NCBI GenBank assembly: GCA_030167865.1
Contig: JALAGF010003405.1
Coordinates: forward strand, 1 to 64,000
Length of the DNA stretch: 64,000 bases
Direction of reading: 5' to 3'
Source: Craspedostauros australis
Taxonomy: Eukaryota
Positions 56,710 to 64,000 of this stretch are shown piece by piece. The translations under genes were made by a program, and so were the position numbers. The notes below the pieces were generated by a model, which saw nothing but the letters and a program-made list of their open reading frames with translations, did no database searches and was not told the origin of the DNA. Every line of letters begins with the position of its first letter. Within the stretch, counting starts at the first letter, position 1.

Positions 56710-59187
56710 ATGTCAAACGACACCACCAAACCACCCAAACCGGACGGTCTGCTGCGTCGATTGGGAGGAGCTGTGCGGCGCAATCCCATCAAGTCAGGGA
56801 TCCTGCTGGGCGCAGCCTTCACCGTTGGCAGACGGTACTACGACAAGAGATTCAACAACGGCAGCCCGCGCAATGACGACGATGGCTGGGACGACGACCT
56901 CGACGTCAACCCGACCAACAGCAACAATGGCAACAATGGGAACACTAGCAACAGTGGGAACACTAGCAGCAATGGAAACAATGGGAACATCCACATTGCC
57001 GGTGGCAACAGCGAAGATTCGGCCGATGGCAAGCAGGGCGCGAAAAGAAAGAAACGGGTGCTGGTGATCCCCTTCCATCGCATCAACATCGTGGAGAAGC
57101 GAAAGAAGGACTTCCGCAGCGTGCTGGGGGAGAAGATAGCCGAGTACCTGTCCAGCCAGGACGGCGACGATCTCAGCAGCACGGCGCCGGTCGAGATGGA
57201 GGCGAACGAGCTGGTGGACGTCATCCACGAGGCCGCCTCGGATCCCAACATCGTGGCTCTCTACGGCACCTTCGGCCACGGCTTCGGCTTCAAGGCCGGC
57301 GGATGGGCGCATCTGGAGGAGGTGCGCAACGCGCTCAAGGTCTTCCGAGACTCGCATCGCGTGCATCGGGACCCCAACCTCACCCACGAGCCGGTCCTCA
57401 AACGGGTGGGCAACTTCACGCGCAAGCCCATGTACGCCTACGCGGACACCTTCTCCAGCCCCTTGGGTGCGGCGGGCACCAAGGAGTTCTACCTCGCCAG
57501 CGTCTTCACGCACATCCAGCTGCAGCCCCACGGCGAGCTCAGCCTCTTCGGCCTGCACACCACCAACTTCTTCATCCGCGACTTCCTCGACAAATACGGC
57601 GTCCAGGTGCACGTCTTCAAGCACGGCCTCTACAAGAACTTCGCCAACCTCTTCACGGAGCGCGCCTACACCAACCACCACAAGGAGAATGTTGCCAACA
57701 TCGTCAACAACATCAACAGCCACGTCTGGTACGGCATCTACCACGACAGAAGGAAGAACCTTGCCCATCACGACATCGGCACCTTCTGGAAGACGGTGCA
57801 AGAGGCGGGCACCTTGACGTCGGCCGTCGCGCATCAGATTGGCTTCATCGATTACATGCCGCTCCTCGATCCCTTGGAGCAGCTCGTCAAATCCAACAAG
57901 TCCACAGAAGATCGTGAGGAGATGAAGAACAAGTGGGGCAAGAGCACCGATTTGGATCAATTCGCAGCGTCCAAGATGGTCTCGGTCACCCAGTACCGCA
58001 AACGGGTGCAGAAGAGAAAGAAGCAGAGAGACAAGGCGCGGGTAGCGCGATGGAAGGCGATGAATGACACAGCGTCATCGTCAGCATCAGCGTCCAATTC
58101 GAAGTCAGCCAAGGATGTGCCATCCATGTTGAGCAAGATGCTTCCCTCGTGGGAGTATGACGATTTCTTCAGCATCTTCGGCCAGATGGACAAGTCTGCA
58201 ACGGAAAGCGACGCAAAGGACGGCGTCGAGAAGGTTGCGGTCCTCAAGGTCGGCGGTGCCATCACGGACACCACCGCACGCACCGTCGAAAAGGCACTGC
58301 GAAAGCTCAAGAAACGCGAGGATGTCAAATGCCTCGTCCTGCGCGTGGATTCGCCAGGTGGCGCCATCACGGCGTGCGAGACGATCCTGCATGAGGTCAA
58401 AGATTTGCCGCAGAAAGTCGTGGTCTCGTTCGGCAACACGAGCGCCAGCGGCGGGTACTACATCTCCACCGCCGCCGATCGCATCTTCGCGTCGCCGACC
58501 ACCGTCACGGGCTCCATCGGGGTCTTCCTGCTCAAGCTCGATCTCACCAAGCTGGCCGCCAAGTACGGCATCCGAACGGACTCTGTCTCCACAGGAGTCT
58601 TGGCCGGGAGCTACGATTCCTTCACTCCCATGAACAAGAGCATGGAGGAGAATTTCTCCAAATTCAGCGACCGGGCCTACCTGCACTTCAAGTCGTTGGT
58701 CAGCGAGGGAAGATCGCTAGACATGGATGCGGTGGAATCCATTGCGCAGGGCAGGGTGTGGACAGGACAGCAGGCCAAGGAAATTGGTCTCGTGGATGAA
58801 CTGGGTGGCCTGGACAGGGCCATCGCGTATGCCCAACGTGAACACACCACGACGGGCGATGCACAAGTCATCGACTGGCCACCCACCAGCTCTCCGTACA
58901 CCATTTTGCAACGCATCTTGGGGAAGTCACGCGGCACCAGCGGCAACGCCGAGGGCCTCAGCATTCTGTCGGAACTGGCCACCCTCATCATGGACGACCA
59001 TGCCAACACAGAGTCCTCCAAGGCCCAATCAGTTTCTCGTCACCTTGGCGGTCTTGAGGTGCCGCGTGCATGCACAGGAATAATGCTGACGATCGATGAG
59101 AATGCCGCCATCCGTTGCTTCCTCTCCGAAAATGATTCCAACGCCATCCCACACATCGATGATTTCCCAGATGACTTTTGGGTTTAG
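56710..59187 (+). CDS. sppA: Signal peptide peptidase SppA / protease IV (peptidase S49, two-domain form)
   Basis: AASDPNI, EEVRNAL, FYLAS, LDKYGV..HGLYKNF (catalytic Lys), LRVDSPGG, SASGGYYIS (catalytic Ser), TVTGSIGV, AQGRVWTGQQAKEIGLVDELGGLDRAI. Confidence 0.93.
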   Translation: MSNDTTKPPKPDGLLRRLGGAVRRNPIKSGILLGAAFTVGRRYYDKRFNNGSPRNDDDGWDDDLDVNPTNSNNGNNGNTSNSGNTSSNGNNGNIHIAGGNSEDSADGKQGAKRKKRVLVIPFHRINIVEKRKKDFRSVLGEKIAEYLSSQDGDDLSSTAPVEMEANELVDVIHEAASDPNIVALYGTFGHGFGFKAGGWAHLEEVRNALKVFRDSHRVHRDPNLTHEPVLKRVGNFTRKPMYAYADTFSSPLGAAGTKEFYLASVFTHIQLQPHGELSLFGLHTTNFFIRDFLDKYGVQVHVFKHGLYKNFANLFTERAYTNHHKENVANIVNNINSHVWYGIYHDRRKNLAHHDIGTFWKTVQEAGTLTSAVAHQIGFIDYMPLLDPLEQLVKSNKSTEDREEMKNKWGKSTDLDQFAASKMVSVTQYRKRVQKRKKQRDKARVARWKAMNDTASSSASASNSKSAKDVPSMLSKMLPSWEYDDFFSIFGQMDKSATESDAKDGVEKVAVLKVGGAITDTTARTVEKALRKLKKREDVKCLVLRVDSPGGAITACETILHEVKDLPQKVVVSFGNTSASGGYYISTAADRIFASPTTVTGSIGVFLLKLDLTKLAAKYGIRTDSVSTGVLAGSYDSFTPMNKSMEENFSKFSDRAYLHFKSLVSEGRSLDMDAVESIAQGRVWTGQQAKEIGLVDELGGLDRAIAYAQREHTTTGDAQVIDWPPTSSPYTILQRILGKSRGTSGNAEGLSILSELATLIMDDHANTESSKAQSVSRHLGGLEVPRACTGIMLTIDENAAIRCFLSENDSNAIPHIDDFPDDFWV

Positions 59188-59787
59188 AGAGACAGAGAGA
59201 CGACGACGTGGAGTACAGTCGGTTCAGGCGTTGTTTGGAATGCAAGAGCACCCGTTTTCGAAACATGACGCTCTCGTGCACACACACACATGGGATCGGC
59301 ATGTACCATCAGCGATGACGTACTCGTATGCGAACACACTTACGAGGACATAGAGTAGAGTTGAGTAAAGTAGAGAAATCACTCTACCGGCAGAGAGTCT
59401 GTACATCTATGTATTACTTCTGTCCTACGTTCCCTCTCTGAAGAGCATCGATGGTGAGCATCATGCGCCTTGTTTACTGTGATCGTGCGTGGCAGCCATG
59501 CAATTGGCGTAGTCAAGTAGAGGAGAGGAGTACGTTGTACACGCAGTCGTATGGTACCAGCGGAGGGATGCATCATGTCCGTACAACGCATGCCAACATG
59601 TCCCCACAACGTCATCGCAGTACCATCGAGAGACTAGTGCTTCGATATAGCACTGGCGATGTCTACATTTATGATAGTGCTCGTGCACGTGCTCGAACTC
59701 ACACCCGCAATTGCATTCACAACCAGCACAGGTTGTCGTTGTCCCATGCGCCACACGCTCTGTGCGAGCATGACGGTCATTCTCCAG

Positions 59788-62700
59788 TTATGTCCTGCCG
59801 TTCCTCTCCTCTGCGACGTAGTTGATCAGCACTTCGCCGACGAGGTATCGATCATCTCGCGCAGCCTTGTGCGCTGCCTGGAACCAGACTCCCATCGACT
59901 CCTGGAACTCCATCGCGAGCTGGATCAGGACGTGCAACGCCACCGACGCACGCAAGGTCACGAGGCGGAACAGGCCGAGCTTGATTTTACCAATCAGCGG
60001 CACTGTGATCATGCCAGCCTTGTACGGAAGAATGCCGCCAGCCAGGGACAGTGTGATGAGACAGATCGACGATGAGCCAAGGACGCCCAGCATCGCATGC
60101 TTCGCGATGGGGACCGCAAATTCATCGAGCATGATGGTGGGGTCGACCGCATCCCACTCCCAATCAACGAAGATTGACTTGCAGCAATCGAAAAAGCGCG
60201 AGGCCCGTCCATGCTTTCCTTGCCAGCCATCGTTCCTCCAACGCCGATGGTCTTCGCCATGTTGCTGCCCATTGTCTGCGACGTTCGCACCTTGATTCTG
60301 ATGCTGCTCGTTCTGTGGACCTGCCTCCTCCTCCTGGTGTCGATCTTCTTCGCCTGGCGCTTCGAAGAGGCCGTTTCCCAGACGCATCCAAAAGCCCCAA
60401 GTGAAGACTTTGAAGTACATGAGGAAGGCACCAAAGTGCAGCATGATCAGTCCCGACATCCAGCTCAGTGCCAGCTCCCTGGTGCTAAATCTGCCTCCCT
60501 CCCCGGCATACCACCTTGCAGACTTCACAAACATCATGTCGTAGCCAACCCCGAGCGCAAGTGGGGTTATGAAAGTCCACAAAAAGGCCGTTTGAATGAT
60601 TGTGCTGAGCTTCGATGTCGGAGGCACGCTGAATCGGGATTGCCAAGCTTTGACGCGAGTTGAGACCCCGTCGCCATCCACGCTGACGATTCCCGAGCGA
60701 CGGAGCATCTGCATAGCTGGATAGAAGATGGATGCACCCATGCAAAATGCGAACGGATCGTGCACATAATCGCGCGGTATGTAGAATAACCGACACACAC
60801 CCCTGCCGACAGCCAGTGGACAGCATAGCATGGCAGCCACCGTCACCATGATCATCATTGATGACAGGATGCACATCAGCGCGATGCGACATACAGCCTC
60901 CGTTGGCAGGTACTTTTCGCCATCCTTCCGGAAGACAGCTCTTTGTGCGATGCCACATTCGACCCTCGACCTGCGCTCCTTGCCGTATCCCCATCGACCT
61001 TGCACAAAGGCGCCACCAATTCCAAGGTCGTCCCATCCTTCCGGTGGTCGGGCAACTTCTGCTCCAGACTCCTCAACCCAGACTTCAATGTGGCTAGCGG
61101 CCTTTGTCTTGGACTTCTCTCCTTCTCCTTGCTCTTGTTCTTGCTGTCGCATCAATCTGTAGGGACCAATCGATGTTGGAAGGAGGACGCCGGTCGACTC
61201 GTCGGTTTCGGATGTGTCCCGTTTTGGCAACATTATGTACTTCGTGGATTTGTCGAGGACTCTGTACCCGTCATCGTCGGTTTCACCTTCAGTGGGAGAA
61301 GCTGAGCAGGTGCAATTGTTATTGGTGTTGCTATTGCCATTCGCATCGTGTACTCGGCCTGAGTCAACATTCGAGAGGACGAACGACTCGATCGCGTTCC
61401 TCTTCATGTTCGCATGCCTGCCAGCCAATTCATACCAGAATGGATCCACTTGTGGTGTCTGGGTCGCTTCTCCAAGCCTGTTCTCGCTGACGTCGCCTTT
61501 CTCGGTGCTGTTGCTGTTGCTGTTGTCGTTGTTGTCTGTTTGGACAGATGCAATGAATATGGGTTTCGTCCCCACGAAACGAAACTGCTGCACGGAAAGT
61601 GGCAAGAGGTGCTCAGTGAGATCCAAATGCCGACACAAGAATTTCAACCATGCGTGCTGAAGATCGCCGATGGAGTTCTTGTAGCGCTCGAGCAGCGAAA
61701 GCATCGACATGTGGAATATGAATAGCTCGATTGGGATTTGGATTTGAGGCATGATGAGGTGCCAGAAGTTGAGACGGAAGAACGTCGTGTGCTCCAGGAC
61801 TCCCGATGCCAGAATGACCTTGATCGGTAAGGCGACCTGAATCGTGAGCAACGGCACGTAGATGGCGAGCGATATGAAGATCCGCCTCGCATGAACCATG
61901 ACTCGTTCATTCATGAGGTTGCCTAGCAGGTCTGGATGCGGCTCTTGCGGTCGAATCATCTTGGCGAGTAGATCTGGGTGGATGACTTCGCGGAGCTGCA
62001 GCATGAATACCGTCACGAGCAGCATGAATGTGATCCCCGCTACCCAGTGCACGATAGCGAATGAGAACAGGTCCCTCGCCGCGAAGGATGTTCGGTCTTG
62101 CACCGTATCACCAAAGAGTGACAGGGTGCATACATCCAGGTAAAGCCCGAGACTGGTGGGCATGAAGAACATCTTCAGAAACAGCAGCACTCCAACCTTG
62201 ACGATTGATGTAGTCGCATCCAGTGCTGCTCCAAATCCTTCGGCATTCAAAGGGAGGACATTATCAATGTCAGCATCACCATGGCCATTCGCAAGTGGTT
62301 CAGGTCGGTCTGCCAAGAACCTGTCCATGTTTTGAGGATCGGGGATTGGTGGAATCTCATTGCGGGCACCGCCAATTGGTTGCTGCACTTGTCCTTGTGC
62401 TTGCGCTTGTTCCTGGCGTTGTCCTTCTGCCGCAGGCTGGTCGTCTCCTGCATTCGCAACGAGATTGTCAACTGCCTCTTCTTGTTGTTCTTGTTCTTGT
62501 GCTGGTGCTGCGGCTGCTGCTGCTCCATCTGCGCCCGTGGCTACTGCTCCTTGCGGCGAGTTTTGCACTCCCGTAGAAGTTCTGAGAGTGTACAAGAGAA
62601 AGCTGCTCCAAATAATGAATGCCGATAGAGAAATGTATCCGAGAAAGACCATGGCGATGTCGTCAAGTTGCAAAGTGGTTTTCAGCTTGGTGCTTTCGTC

Positions 62701-64000
62701 CGTCACAGCGGTGATGATGGAGATGACGGTTGTCACATTCTTGTCGTCGGAATGAAGGTAAGGGATGGAGTGGATCACCTCGGTGCAGACCGTTGTGTTC
62801 AGAAGGTATGAATTAACAATCGAGCCAAAGGATTTGGGAAGGAACATGAAGACGAACAGGGACAGCGCGTTGCATGCCAACAACCACATCAAGTTCCGCG
62901 TCAGTAGATTGATGGGCCCCCGCAGTCCCAGCAACTCGTCCAACGCAACGTTGATTTCCATATCCTATGATTCAATGAGTGCGATCAGCAAGGTTGTGAA
63001 GCAGAGCAGACGATGGCGACATGTCAAAGGGGGAGGGGGAGATTTACAAAGTAAGTATGATGTCTCTGCATGGTAGGTGGCAGGTGCTGCGGAATCTTGT
63101 GAAGACACCGGAATGAACGAGCCAATGTAGGTAGAATCGCATACACCCACACAACGACAGAATCCCGTGGTAAAACCATTCACACATGCTGCATTGCAAA
63201 ACCGATCCACACGGGCTGCGGCATCCGATTGGCACAATACTCACCACCTGGTTGTCTTCGAAGATAGGGTCCAGCGGATCATTGATATCTCCAAACCCAC
63301 CCAACTCATGCTGTGGTTGGTTCAGGCCGAAGGGTCCTTGATCAACGTTGATTGGCGGCAGATTGTTCCCTCTTGCGCCTGCGTCGAGTGGGTTCCCGGC
63401 ACCTTGTCGTTGGTCATTTCTGAGAATATTGTCGATTCTGTCCATACCATCGCCACCAGCCCCAGGAACTCCATCATCGTCGTCGTCGTCGTCATCCAGT
63501 TCGTTCAGCACGAAATGTTCAAAGTTCAGCGCAAGCTCCTCTTCGTCCAGTTCGTCATCTTCGTTGGAGTCCACGTCGAGAATCTCACCGTCGCCATCAG
63601 TGCCATCGGCAACACCATTGCCATTGTTGTTCCTGTCGTGAACGTGGTCATCCAACGCAACGTCGCCGGGAATGTCGTCAGCAGAATCACCAACACGGTC
63701 TGGATTTGTTGGATGTCCGGTGGTACCATTGGAAGCAGCGCCAGCCGCAGCATCGTCAACGGTAGCGCCATTGTCAGTGTCGTTGGATTGGCCAGCTCCC
63801 ATCTCTCGGGAATTCTGTTGTTGGTGCGGGCCCTCCCGCTGCTCTGCGTCATCCAATTCCTGCCTGAGTCCCTGTTCGATGATCCGTACGTGATCGACGA
63901 TTGCTTGATCGATCCTTTGTTCGTTCTCGTCAATATTGATGTTGTTGAGGCGGTTGCCATTCTGCTGGTGTGGGCGTAGTTGCTGCAGATTATCTACGTC
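59788..64000 (-). CDS. MARCH6: MARCH6/Doa10/SUD1-like multi-pass ERAD E3 ligase, 5' part (incl. RING) beyond window; exons >64000-63245 and 62964-59788
   Basis: ELLGLRGP..L..N..WLL..N, HWVAGITFM, LREVIHP, many TM helices and C-terminal ARDDRYLVGEVLINY. Intron 62965-63244 (GTG|gtgagt...atag|GAT). Frame is open to the window end. Confidence 0.85.

Noticed and set aside
47802-57960. Long antisense ORFs (47802-49088, 53351-54976, 56794-57960)
   Set aside because: Mirror frames of PDCD2L, the acidic protein and SppA.
3942-63244. Introner-type (transposon-derived) intron family
   Set aside because: The introns have similar sizes but I saw no shared internal sequence, terminal inverted repeats or target-site duplications.
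1-64000. tRNA, rRNA, snoRNA, CRISPR arrays, transposases or LTR elements
   Set aside because: No convincing cloverleaf, box C/D pair, repeat-spacer array or transposase/RT motifs seen by eye; covariance-model searches would be needed to exclude small RNAs.

Overview
Gene-dense eukaryotic nuclear DNA, most likely a diatom or related photosynthetic stramenopile. Evidence: GT-AG spliceosomal introns, bipartite signal+transit peptides with ASAFAP-type cleavage sites, and a membrane-anchored GH16 glucanase. I can support 22 protein-coding genes: a partial YqcI/YcgG-like protein, an orphan, plastid malonyl-CoA:ACP transacylase, SmD3, cytosolic HSP90, an ArfGAP, two DOT1-like methyltransferases, a FIST-domain protein, a NUFIP1-like protein, POLD2, a ~3,320-aa TOR kinase, organellar IF-3, a tandem TrmY-like SPOUT protein, omega-amidase, a GH16 beta-1,3-glucanase, PDCD2L/Tsr4, an RNR small subunit, an acidic SAP-like protein, a 75-aa two-exon membrane protein, SppA and a partial MARCH6/Doa10. 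I found no rRNA, tRNA, CRISPR array or recognisable transposon. The most unusual observations are five. (1) 11 of the 13 introns I could delimit are exact multiples of 3 nt. (2) A eukaryotic protein appears to carry two fused archaeal-type TrmY/SPOUT modules. (3) The RNR small subunit has a signal peptide and RGG motifs, suggesting complex-plastid or periplastid targeting. (4) There is a YqcI/YcgG-like guanidine N-hydroxylase candidate and, separately, a probably plastid-targeted FIST/NosP-like protein. (5) A hidden frame-preserving exon or alternative first exon lies in the long SmD3 intron. All family assignments come from motif recognition by eye; no database search was run.
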